64,000 nt of DNA, taken from a virus. A model generated the notes under the pieces. That model had not been told where the DNA came from. It saw only the letters and a list, made by a program, of their open reading frames with translations, and searched no databases. Shown in pieces: positions 31,451 through 40,117 of this stretch (position 1 is the stretch's first letter; every line of letters starts with the position of its first letter). The position numbers and the translations under genes are program-made. The stretch is from the IMG/VR virus record IMGVR_UViG_3300028615_000137, positions 32,001 through 96,000 of that record. One strand, given 5' to 3'.

Positions 31451-33883
31451 ATGGCTGATAGGCGAGACTATTTTTACCTTCAAAAACTGACAGAAGCCGA
31501 ATTAGATGCTGGTTTTGAAGGCGTTGAACAATCGATTTTCAATATTGCCAAGGATTATAGCCTGTATGGCATAACTTCCGGCTTAGAAGTATCTGAATCC
31601 GCCGTTCCCGCAATTACCGTAGATATTAATAATGGAGTTGCATATTCAAATCTAGGAGAAAGAATTGAAATAGAAAGTCCATTGGCCGATGTTGATGTAT
31701 CTCAAGACGATGGTGCTATTTCTACGGCCGTTTCTAGCCCTGGCAACGAAAAGTACATTTCCGTATTCCTAGAGTTTGATCGATTGCTGTCAGACCCCAG
31801 AACGGATGGTAACGGCTTTGTTGTATACCACATTAGAGAAGAATCTTATCAAATTTCTATTGTACAAGGCTCTGAAGCCCCCCTTGGCACAGCGGGCAAA
31901 CCTCCACTTGATAGTGATAAAGTATTATTAGCGGACGTCAGACTTATTTTCGGTCAAACAGAAATATTAGATGCCAATATCGACACGGACCGTCGACAAT
32001 TTTCTGTCAATGTTGAATCTACAAACGGGTTACAAGTAAAAAGTGGCAACGCTGAAGACGGCATTGCAGATGTCTTAGAAAAGTTAGATGAACATATTAA
32101 TACTGTAGTATTGGGCGGCGCTCACCAAGCTTCTTCCGTACTTAAACAAGCCGGCCCTGGTTGGGCAGATGGTACTACCCAACCCGCAGATAATCTGGAA
32201 GATTGGATCAATAAGATGGTCCTAGATCTTACTTCCAGTGCCACTAAAAGGGGCATGGGTAAGATCACTTCGCCTGCAATGGCTAACTGGGCAGATGGCA
32301 CGCCAATTCCGGCCAACAATGCTGCCGACCAACTGACTCAAATAATCAACAATTTAAGATCTATTACAGGTTCTACCGGCAGTCATAAAATTGGCATTGA
32401 TGCTCTAAATAATACTCATTTTACATTAGCGGCAGGCGACTTACATACATTTTTAAACGATGCTTTAAACTCGATAGACTCAAACGTCGCTTTTATAGCA
32501 GATAATATTACATGGCCGGGTGTTCATGATTTTAATGGCAACGTAGATTTTAACTCGCTTACGGAAGTTACTTCTGGAGCAAAATTAGACATTTTATCCG
32601 GAGGAATTTTTGAAATTTCCGCAGGAGCACAAGGTAACATATTTGGCAATGTCGATTATGAAAGCGGTTCTGTATTAAGTCTTAATAGTGGTTCTTCGTT
32701 CGAATGTATTTCGGAAGCAAGATTTCATACTTCTGTTAAATTCTTAGGGGGTGTAGACGTCGACTTTGATCCTGGTTCGGTAATCACATTCGAAAATGGT
32801 TCTGCTCTGGGGTTTACTTCCGGTTCTTCGACTGTTTTTGCTGCTGGTAGCAATTTGGATTTTGAAGGTGTCGCCAACTTCGAAAATGGAGCCACATTAT
32901 TTTTCGATAGCGGTTCAAAATTAGACATGACAGGAGGATCCGAGTTAGAAATTTCTTCTGGCGCTCAATTTAGTTGCGATGGAAGTGCAGATTTCTCCTC
33001 TAACATAGATTTTGAAAGTGGAACAAACGCCGATTTCGAATCTGGTAGCTCGCTTGAGCTACTAGCAGGTAGCACCTTTTTTGCAAGAGATGGCGCAAAC
33101 GTAACATTCCAAGGAACTACAAATTTTTCTAGCACTTCAGAAGCTGAGTTTCAATCTGGTTCAGTATTACATGTTCAATCGGGCTCGCTTTTAGATTGCG
33201 ATGCTCAAGCTCAATTTAATGCGTTTGTTAAATTCTTAAACGGAGTTGATGTAGATTTTGACTCTGGTTCTCAAACGAATTTCGAATCTGGTTCGAGTCT
33301 TGTCTTTGATGATGGCTCCGGTGTAAAGAGTTTGACAACCGTGGATTTCCGAAATGGATCTTCATTTCTCCAATATATACCATTGCTTATCGGACAATCG
33401 GAAACAGACGGAGTTACTGGCGATGCTCGACATGGTATATTATTTTTTACTGATACCGGCGAGCCAACAGACTATTTGCCCAACAAACTTTATAGATACA
33501 ATGTTCCAAAAGCTTGGTGTTATATCGACAACCGCTTACAAGGTTCCGGAGGAAGCGCAATTTTAAGAGAATCGTTCGGCATTGATTCGATTGTCAGTTC
33601 GGGACCCAGCAACTATGTTACTGTCAACTTCAAATCTGGGCTATCCTTTCCAGATGTGCAAAGTTATGCTGTAGCAGCTTGCGTTGATTGCGGTTTAGAC
33701 ATCAACAACTTGGATGATGTGAATTTTCCGGCTTCTATCAAGATAAAAAGAAATACAGTAAGTCCATTCGGATTTACTTTCGCTTGGATCGACCAAAACG
33801 GTAATGATTACAATATAGGCGTAGAAGGCGGCACTGCAAACGATTATGTTGGTGCAAGTTTTGTTATTTTCGGCGACGGTTAA
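31451..33883 (+). CDS. Main tail fibre / receptor-binding protein
   Basis: N-terminal anchor domain (GITSGLEV...GVAYSNLGERI); central F(D/E)SGS beta-helix repeats. Confidence 0.8.
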   Translation: MADRRDYFYLQKLTEAELDAGFEGVEQSIFNIAKDYSLYGITSGLEVSESAVPAITVDINNGVAYSNLGERIEIESPLADVDVSQDDGAISTAVSSPGNEKYISVFLEFDRLLSDPRTDGNGFVVYHIREESYQISIVQGSEAPLGTAGKPPLDSDKVLLADVRLIFGQTEILDANIDTDRRQFSVNVESTNGLQVKSGNAEDGIADVLEKLDEHINTVVLGGAHQASSVLKQAGPGWADGTTQPADNLEDWINKMVLDLTSSATKRGMGKITSPAMANWADGTPIPANNAADQLTQIINNLRSITGSTGSHKIGIDALNNTHFTLAAGDLHTFLNDALNSIDSNVAFIADNITWPGVHDFNGNVDFNSLTEVTSGAKLDILSGGIFEISAGAQGNIFGNVDYESGSVLSLNSGSSFECISEARFHTSVKFLGGVDVDFDPGSVITFENGSALGFTSGSSTVFAAGSNLDFEGVANFENGATLFFDSGSKLDMTGGSELEISSGAQFSCDGSADFSSNIDFESGTNADFESGSSLELLAGSTFFARDGANVTFQGTTNFSSTSEAEFQSGSVLHVQSGSLLDCDAQAQFNAFVKFLNGVDVDFDSGSQTNFESGSSLVFDDGSGVKSLTTVDFRNGSSFLQYIPLLIGQSETDGVTGDARHGILFFTDTGEPTDYLPNKLYRYNVPKAWCYIDNRLQGSGGSAILRESFGIDSIVSSGPSNYVTVNFKSGLSFPDVQSYAVAACVDCGLDINNLDDVNFPASIKIKRNTVSPFGFTFAWIDQNGNDYNIGVEGGTANDYVGASFVIFGDG

Positions 33884-33888
33884 AAAAC

Positions 33889-34290
33889 ATGATAATAAAG
33901 AATATAAAATATAAACACCCAAACGATTCTTTTGATATTCAAAATGAAGTTACTGTTGACGATTTGACCATTTCTGTAGCTAGCGGGAGTTTCAAATCTA
34001 ATGGTAATGTTTACAATTTAACTCAAAATTATGATTTTGTAGTTTCAAATCGCCCTGAATATACTATGCTATATGGTTATTTGGTGGACGATGCGGGGAC
34101 AATCGAATTACTAGTCGATGAAATTGTCTTCGATGGCTCGCCAGAAGTTTGGTATAACTGGTCTGGTGGTGAAATACCACTTCATCAAATTTTTACTGCA
34201 AAAATTCCAGAAAATTCTAATAACTTGGACAACGCAGAATTGTGGGTATATCACATGATACCAGGTCCACAACCGCTGGAGAACTCATAA
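33889..34290 (+). CDS. Putative tail fibre accessory protein
   Basis: 133 aa immediately after the fibre gene. Confidence 0.5.
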   Translation: MIIKNIKYKHPNDSFDIQNEVTVDDLTISVASGSFKSNGNVYNLTQNYDFVVSNRPEYTMLYGYLVDDAGTIELLVDEIVFDGSPEVWYNWSGGEIPLHQIFTAKIPENSNNLDNAELWVYHMIPGPQPLENS

Positions 34291-34484
34291 TGGCACTTGC
34301 AAAAAATGTTGGAAATCATAGTTCTAAAGCCGCAATAAAAGAAAGAAAAAACCGAGAAGCAACCCGCAAAGATTTGATAAATTCGTCTAACACGTGGGAA
34401 AATTTGAACAAGAAACAAAAAGATTTGCTTCTTAAACACCTTGCTGTAAAGGCAGGTTTGATTTCAGATAGCGAGGAACAATAA
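34290..34484 (+). CDS. Small hypothetical protein
   Basis: TAATG-coupled 64-aa ORF. Confidence 0.55.
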   Translation: MALAKNVGNHSSKAAIKERKNREATRKDLINSSNTWENLNKKQKDLLLKHLAVKAGLISDSEEQ

Positions 34485-34735
34485 TGAGTTATCTATTATT
34501 TTTTTGTCCCTTGGTGATTGCTTTGTTGATTCTAGTTTTTCGCCTTGGAAGTGCGCAGGAAAACACAATAACCGATAAAGAACACAGCACAACAACCGAA
34601 GATGTCAAATCAAAAAAAGTCGTAAAGAATTGTAAAATACATAATTTTGCTTCTGCCGCAGAAGCAAAAAAGCAATTAGAATTGTCTAAAAAAGAATTGC
34701 ATCGAATAAGTATCGATATGCAAAATGTCAAATAA
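34484..34735 (+). CDS. Small membrane-anchored protein
   Basis: N-terminal TM segment, basic C-terminus. Confidence 0.55.
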   Translation: MSYLLFFCPLVIALLILVFRLGSAQENTITDKEHSTTTEDVKSKKVVKNCKIHNFASAAEAKKQLELSKKELHRISIDMQNVK

Positions 34736-35012
34736 TTTTGTTACAAATTCTGAAATCGATAGAATAATTGCTCAGTTTCAAAAGACAACCGACGCATTGA
34801 CAGATTTAGTCGAACGAAACGAAGAGAAAACGAACAAGCTGTTCACTCAAGTTGCCGTATTAGAAACGACTTTAAACGAAGTAAAAGAGCATCATATAAC
34901 ACTACAAAAAATAAATGCCCAAAATAGAGCTACCAAATGGGGATTGATAGCTGCAATTATTGCAGCTATACTCGGTGGTCTGTTTTCAATGTTACAAGGA
35001 TTAATATTTTGA
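34725..35012 (+). CDS. Coiled-coil + C-terminal TM protein (XhlA/holin-like)
   Basis: Coiled coil QVAVLET followed by WGLIAAIIAAILGGLF. Confidence 0.55.
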   Translation: MSNNFVTNSEIDRIIAQFQKTTDALTDLVERNEEKTNKLFTQVAVLETTLNEVKEHHITLQKINAQNRATKWGLIAAIIAAILGGLFSMLQGLIF

Positions 35013-35785
35013 GACTAATACCAGATACAGAAACTACTCTGATTTTTATTCCCAATAAAAATCACACGAAAAGAGATTATAGCGCTGTGTTTAAGCCGGA
35101 AGCCGAAAGGTTCTGCGATTTTTGGGATATTGATAAAGATGAATGCATTCATCAATTTGATATTAGTAAGAAATATAAGGATAGGGCCGAAGATGTTTAC
35201 AATGTGATAGACAATCACAGAGCCCCTTTAAACAATTTGGTTTTCTTCTGCCACGGTTTCCCTAATGGCATTCAGTGCGGCATAAAGACCAAAGATCTAG
35301 ATCGTTTTGTTGAGTCAATTTGGCAAACTCCCTTTGGTCATACAGCTGACGAAATAAATGTGATTCTCTATTGTTGCTCTACTGGCGATACACCCGGTAC
35401 ACCCGCCGCTAACGAACGGCGCGATGGACCTGGTATGGGCGACAATAGCTTTGCTGATAAATTCAGGGACAAACTTTGCGAGTATGGCTTTACCTTTTGT
35501 ACCGTATGGGGCCATACAACAGTCGGACATTCTACTAGAAATCCTTATATGAGAGTGTTTTACGGAGAAGGTTCACCGGAAGGTGGCTCCGGGGGCAGAT
35601 TCCCCGTATCCCCAAATTCCAGTCTTTGGAAAGAGTGGAAGAAAGCTCTTTGGTCAAGAGGAGAATGGAAAAGTTCTGAATATAATAGAAAAAATTTCCG
35701 CTTTGCCTTTCCATATCTAGGTTTTGACGGTTTCGCTGGACCAATTCACGAAAGTCTTATTGACAAGCAAGTAATCATAACTTAA
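35009..35785 (+). CDS. Caspase-hemoglobinase fold (clan CD / DUF4347-like) putative cysteine peptidase
   Basis: LVFFCHG and VILYCCSTG motifs followed by FADKFR..L...VWG; TTG start with AAGGA RBS. Confidence 0.6.
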   Translation: MRLIPDTETTLIFIPNKNHTKRDYSAVFKPEAERFCDFWDIDKDECIHQFDISKKYKDRAEDVYNVIDNHRAPLNNLVFFCHGFPNGIQCGIKTKDLDRFVESIWQTPFGHTADEINVILYCCSTGDTPGTPAANERRDGPGMGDNSFADKFRDKLCEYGFTFCTVWGHTTVGHSTRNPYMRVFYGEGSPEGGSGGRFPVSPNSSLWKEWKKALWSRGEWKSSEYNRKNFRFAFPYLGFDGFAGPIHESLIDKQVIIT

Positions 35786-35788
35786 ATT
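35760..35788 (+). promoter_or_regulatory. Sigma70-type promoter
   Basis: TTGACA-N17-TAAATT. Confidence 0.5.
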
Positions 35789-35811
35789 ATTTCGTGGGCT
35801 TGTGCATGGTT

Positions 35812-35851
35812 AGAACCCCCTTCTAGTAGTCGAAGAAGGGGGTTCTTTTTT
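35812..35851 (+). terminator. Rho-independent terminator ending the structural operon
   Basis: AGAACCCCCTTCT/AGAAGGGGGTTCT 13-bp stem followed by a T-run. Confidence 0.9.
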
Positions 35852-35911
35852 GTTTAAATTCTTGATTTTACCGTATAATAAATAGATAACAAATTATCAA
35901 GGATTTGAAAA

Positions 35912-36301
35912 ATGAGTGAATTTTTAGCCATAATCGAAGATGCCATTTCTTTAGGTGAATTGCTGATCCCTTATTGGTCTTTCATAGCAGTAACAATTGT
36001 GCTAGCTTACTTAGGCCAATGGATTAAAAAATATGTCTGGAACGAAGAAAATGCTAGTAAACCTGGATTTTGGGGATGCATTGCTCGCTACGGCAGAGTC
36101 AGTTATGCGATTCATCCGCTCATTCTTGGTTGGTCTATGGGTTTTATCAGCAACCTTAGTGTTCCAGATTGGGTTGGCACTTCTGGCCGTCATTGGTACT
36201 TCGCTTTGGCCGGAATCGTTAGTGCGTATTTGTATTCAGTTGTGCGCACTTATGTTAAGCGTGCTTATGAATACGATCTGAAACTTCCATTTGTTAGGTA
36301 A
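35912..36301 (+). CDS. Putative holin-like membrane protein (3 TM)
   Basis: 129 aa with three hydrophobic segments; GQWIKK and YFALAG..SAYLY. Confidence 0.55.
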   Translation: MSEFLAIIEDAISLGELLIPYWSFIAVTIVLAYLGQWIKKYVWNEENASKPGFWGCIARYGRVSYAIHPLILGWSMGFISNLSVPDWVGTSGRHWYFALAGIVSAYLYSVVRTYVKRAYEYDLKLPFVR

Positions 36302-36304
36302 ATT

Positions 36305-36559
36305 ATGTTTTTAGACGACGATCTTAGAGAACCAAAACTAATACTTGTCAAGCTGTCAAAACAATTTGGTAAGTATTTATGTTGGTCGAAAGATCTAAAT
36401 GGTATAGCTTCTATAGAACCTACGAAAAAAGATGCTATAGATAAATTTTGTAAAGATGCCGAAGAATGTTATGGCGATAAATATCAAATGATATTCGCTT
36501 TGCCGATGAAACCAATAGTCGTTCCTAGTTGGGATCCACAAAAAACTTATTTGCACTGA
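36305..36559 (+). CDS. Hypothetical protein, weak HicB-like fold
   Basis: YLCWSKDLNGIASIEPTKKDAIDKF. Confidence 0.4.
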   Translation: MFLDDDLREPKLILVKLSKQFGKYLCWSKDLNGIASIEPTKKDAIDKFCKDAEECYGDKYQMIFALPMKPIVVPSWDPQKTYLH

Positions 36560-36568
36560 GAATTTAAT

Positions 36569-36895
36569 ATGTTTAAATGGTTAAAAGAAAATATTACAAA
36601 AATTCTAGGTTCTATAATAGCTATAGCCGTCGGTCTATTTTTTTGGAATAGGCATAAAGACAAAGTCGGTTCTTTGAAGGACGCTTTGGCAGTCAAGGAA
36701 GCTGTATCTGAAGTTAAAAAATTAAAAGCAACTAGAAGTGCGATAAAAGAACAAAAACTTTTTCACAGAATTGTGAAAAACAAAATAATTCAAAGAGAAG
36801 AAAAAATTAAAAAAGAAGCTGCTACAAAATTGAAGAATGTTGAAAAAATGAAGCCTTCAGAACTATCTAAAGCTTTTACCGATTTGGGTTTCTAA
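36569..36895 (+). CDS. TM-anchored coiled-coil protein (i-spanin-like)
   Basis: N-terminal TM segment, Lys-rich coiled coil. Confidence 0.5.
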   Translation: MFKWLKENITKILGSIIAIAVGLFFWNRHKDKVGSLKDALAVKEAVSEVKKLKATRSAIKEQKLFHRIVKNKIIQREEKIKKEAATKLKNVEKMKPSELSKAFTDLGF

Positions 36896-37149
36896 TGTTT
36901 AAAGAACTGGGTCAACAAATAAGTAATTTGTTGAGGCAACTATCCTTTGAAGTAGAATATTTAGAGAATAGGATTGAAACATTAGAAAAAGAAAATTGCG
37001 AACTCAGGAGTCTATTGTATGAAAAAGATGTTCAACAAATCGAAGAAAATACTTGCAGTTGTCAGTATGTGTTTGGTGATATTACTAACATCCCCTGTAG
37101 CAGCCCAAAGTGTAAACTGCGAGTTGCCAAGAACTACTGGAGTACCTAA
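36895..37149 (+). CDS. Coiled-coil protein with Cys-rich tail
   Basis: TAATG-coupled; overlaps the next ORF by about 130 nt. Confidence 0.45.
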   Translation: MFKELGQQISNLLRQLSFEVEYLENRIETLEKENCELRSLLYEKDVQQIEENTCSCQYVFGDITNIPCSSPKCKLRVAKNYWST

Positions 37150-37486
37150 AAACATCCAATTGGAATATCAGGGAACTGACGGGATTTGGTTTCGTCATGA
37201 TGTAGCTAAATGTATGTTGCTACAGCTAACTGACTATCAATACAAGAACAAGCAATATGCATTGATTCAAGAACGACTAAGGATTAATAAAAAAGAACTT
37301 GCTTTAACGGAAAAAGAATTAAATATTTCACAAACTGAAACTTTAATTCTTGAAAAGAATATTGAAGCTGCTATAAGAGGAAAGCGAGAAGCAGAAGAAG
37401 AAATGGATTCGTGGTATAGACATCCTGCGCTTTGGATTGCTACTGGCATAGTAGGTACTGCATTAACAATTTATCTGGTAAAATAA
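37019..37486 (+). CDS. Secreted coiled-coil protein with C-terminal TM (spanin-like)
   Basis: Signal peptide ...SPVAA-Q, coiled coil, C-terminal PALWIATGIVGTALTIYL; AGGAG RBS. Confidence 0.6.
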   Translation: MKKMFNKSKKILAVVSMCLVILLTSPVAAQSVNCELPRTTGVPKNIQLEYQGTDGIWFRHDVAKCMLLQLTDYQYKNKQYALIQERLRINKKELALTEKELNISQTETLILEKNIEAAIRGKREAEEEMDSWYRHPALWIATGIVGTALTIYLVK

Positions 37487-37549
37487 TGACGAAATTAGAA
37501 ATAATATTAGAAGGTGCTAAACGATGCTGTCGAGGGGAAGGGCTAGACG

Positions 37550-37720
37550 ATGAAGAAAAAGGATACCGAGCAAGCGAAGCAGTTCTGGGCACTCGCCGAA
37601 AAGACCGCAGAGCTCGTTGAAGAGTGGCCTGCATGGAAGCGCCGGTTTGCGAGCGGAAGCGCAACGAAGACCGTGATAACGAAGAAGTCCATCAAGACCA
37701 CGAAGCCCGAACCGAGCTGA
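37550..37720 (+). CDS. 56-aa protein on a high-GC insert (FW..AE.TA..V..WPAWKR)
   Basis: Not in ORF track (under 60 aa). GAGGGGAAGGG RBS; about 73% GC3 versus AT-rich flanks. Confidence 0.7.
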   Translation: MKKKDTEQAKQFWALAEKTAELVEEWPAWKRRFASGSATKTVITKKSIKTTKPEPS

Positions 37721-37798
37721 GTGCGAGCGACGGCGCCAACGATGTTACGTTAGCAATTTTTGTAATTAGTATAATAATTTATAGTTTTTGGAGTTTGT

Positions 37799-38197
37799 AT
37801 GAAATTTAAAGATTTAGATATTTTTCAAGAAGAAATACATCAACTAGCTAAAGAAAAAGGCTGGTGGAAAGATGCAGACGAATGCAATGAATGTGGCGCT
37901 TGTGGCTATTGTGATCCACGTAAGACTGGAAATGAAATTGCTCACATTCTAGCTAAATTGGCACTCATTCATTCTGAAGTCAGTGAAGCTATAGAAGCTG
38001 TTAGAATAGACGGAGATATTATTTTACCTTATAAAGAAAATGGCAAACCGGAAGGTGCCGCTATTGAATTGGCGGATGCTGTTATTCGCATTTTAGATCT
38101 GTTAGAGAGGCATGCAATTAAGCTTTCCTACTGTATGAGACTGAAGCATGAATACAATAAGGAAAGATCTTACAAACACGGTAATAAATATATTTGA
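37799..38197 (+). CDS. MazG-like nucleotide pyrophosphohydrolase
   Basis: LALIHSEVSEAIEAVR...ELADAVIRILDL...K..YN.ERSYKHG. Confidence 0.85.
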   Translation: MKFKDLDIFQEEIHQLAKEKGWWKDADECNECGACGYCDPRKTGNEIAHILAKLALIHSEVSEAIEAVRIDGDIILPYKENGKPEGAAIELADAVIRILDLLERHAIKLSYCMRLKHEYNKERSYKHGNKYI

Positions 38198-38256
38198 CTA
38201 ATACTCTCTGTTCCTGAGATCATTGTAAGACAAGGGGATTAAGAGAGTATTTTTCC

Positions 38257-38751
38257 GTGTCCTTTAAAGAAAAAATAACTTATTCGCTTTGTTTACCTTG
38301 GAATTTAATCATTTGGCCTATTTGGATTTTGATGGCCAAACTATGGGGTGAAAATCTTCATTGGGAAGATGGAGTTTTATCCTTCGAGTTCAAAGAACAA
38401 AGCTGGCCGATGCGAACTTGGTTCTCTAATTGGAGTGGCAATGCAATGGGTCATGCCACGCTATATAGACCAAATCCTAGTGCTCGAATAAAGCTGCATG
38501 AAACTGTTCATGTAAGACAATTTGAAGCGTCTATGATCAAATCCTTCTTGTTAGGATGCCTATTCGCATTGTTAGGTCATTTTTATATAGGGTTGTTGAT
38601 TTGGTGTTGCGGGTATCTAATCATGGGCGTGGGTAATTATATTCACGCTTGGTTAAGATTAGAGAACCCAAAAATAATAGACATTTATCGCAATACCTTA
38701 CATGAACAGCATGCCTATGCTATAGATGGTTCTTATGGAAAGCGGAAATAA
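38257..38751 (+). CDS. Membrane-associated HExxH zincin metallopeptidase-like protein
   Basis: HETVHVRQ, TM segments, downstream YRN..HE..AY third-ligand motif. Confidence 0.65.
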   Translation: MSFKEKITYSLCLPWNLIIWPIWILMAKLWGENLHWEDGVLSFEFKEQSWPMRTWFSNWSGNAMGHATLYRPNPSARIKLHETVHVRQFEASMIKSFLLGCLFALLGHFYIGLLIWCCGYLIMGVGNYIHAWLRLENPKIIDIYRNTLHEQHAYAIDGSYGKRK

Positions 38752-39055
38752 CGGAGAATATGGGCCACAAAAACCAGGTTCATACTGGAAAGAAGAAAAA
38801 CCAAAAACGCTTCAAGAAAAAGAAGATTCCAAAAAGGAAAACTTCGAAAAATATAAAAAGATCGAAAGAGCGCTCTATCTCGACATTCCAGACCCCGAAG
38901 AAGAAAGTCCGGAAGAAGTCTGGGAAAAGCACTCCCTTTGCCATTCCTGTATCCACAAGTCCGTTTGCAGGGCTTTTCAAGCCTCGAAAAGATACTTAGT
39001 TATGGTCGACCGTTGCTTGGAATACATTCCTTCAGAACTGGAAAAAGAAGAATAA
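38735..39055 (+). CDS. Hypothetical protein with CxxCxHxxxC metal-binding motif
   Basis: LCHSCIHKSVC...CLEY. Confidence 0.5.
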   Translation: MESGNNGEYGPQKPGSYWKEEKPKTLQEKEDSKKENFEKYKKIERALYLDIPDPEEESPEEVWEKHSLCHSCIHKSVCRAFQASKRYLVMVDRCLEYIPSELEKEE

Positions 39056-39146
39056 TTTCAAGTAAAATATAAATTGGCCTATATTAGTTGGTTTGCCCCC
39101 CTTTCTTTCCAATTTTTATAGGCCATTTTTATGCTATAAATCGTTT

Positions 39147-39752
39147 ATGAAATTTTTTATAGCATTTTTTCTCTTTTTCATAACCAATACTGCTCTAGCC
39201 AGTCCACCCGTGCCTAAAGAAGAGTGGACTGAAGAAACAAAATTAAATCTGACCAAAGCACTTATTGCTGAAGCCGGCTGGAATTATTGCAACGATTGGG
39301 CGCTGATTCCTTGGGTGATCGCAAAGCGTCGGAATCAAATGATACGAAATGGGCATGAAGTAACCTTCAACGACGTGTTATTGGCCTATTCGTCTCCTCT
39401 CAAGCCCAAATTAGCTTCTAAGGCTGCTGAATACAAGGCCAAGAGAAAGGGCGACAGAAAGGCTGTGAGACAAGTTTACAGACGTAGATTTATCCAATCT
39501 ATACGATTCGACGGTTCGAACATAAAAGAACTCGTTAAACGCTTTAAACGGCGTTCTAAAGCCACCGTTTTGGAAAGGCGCTGGGATAGGGCTAAAGCCT
39601 TTGTCGAAGCCTGGGGACGCGGAGAAGTACGGGATCGATGTCCTGGTGCAATGCACTGGGATATGCCCAATTCTAGACCTAATTGGATACGAAAATGTAC
39701 CAAAATTGATACACATAATCACTTCTATAAGGGTCCAAGAGACCAAAAGTAG
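39147..39752 (+). CDS. Secreted SleB/Hydrolase_2-like cell-wall hydrolase
   Basis: Signal peptide MKFFIAFFLFFITNTALA; LTKALIAEAG (catalytic Glu), WVIAKR, D.CPGAMHW, HNHFY. Confidence 0.6.
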   Translation: MKFFIAFFLFFITNTALASPPVPKEEWTEETKLNLTKALIAEAGWNYCNDWALIPWVIAKRRNQMIRNGHEVTFNDVLLAYSSPLKPKLASKAAEYKAKRKGDRKAVRQVYRRRFIQSIRFDGSNIKELVKRFKRRSKATVLERRWDRAKAFVEAWGRGEVRDRCPGAMHWDMPNSRPNWIRKCTKIDTHNHFYKGPRDQK

Positions 39753-40117
39753 TTGGAGTGTCCAACTAAAGTCTGGAAAGTCTGGAAAATATCTTTCTTC
39801 GATTCTCGAACGTATTCAAATACTTATAAAAAAGTTTCGAAGGTATGGGCCGATTCGCTTGACACGTGTTCTAGCCAGAGCCAATATTATCAAACCTTCG
39901 GTTCGATAGGATTTAACACAAAACGGGCTCCACGCCCCATTTCGCCTATGGAAAGCGAAATCAAGAACCGTACCAGATCGGGAGTTGAACTTATTGCTAT
40001 GAAGTTACTAGGATAAGTTGAGTTAATATTAAAGTATATCTAATGAACACTTGCATCTAAAATAAAATACACTAATACTGTAATTATTAAATTTATACTG
40101 AAAAGAAGAAATAGGGC

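Noticed and set aside
14837-33883. Stand-alone eCIS/tailocin locus
   Set aside because: Head-tail joining genes, terminase and a full replisome indicate a true phage.
37432-37809. In-frame ORFs 37432..37620 and 37624..37809 separated by one TGA (possible stop-codon reassignment or readthrough)
   Set aside because: Better explained by the 219-bp insert, whose real ORF is in another frame. TGA terminates other genes normally, for example at ATGA overlaps.
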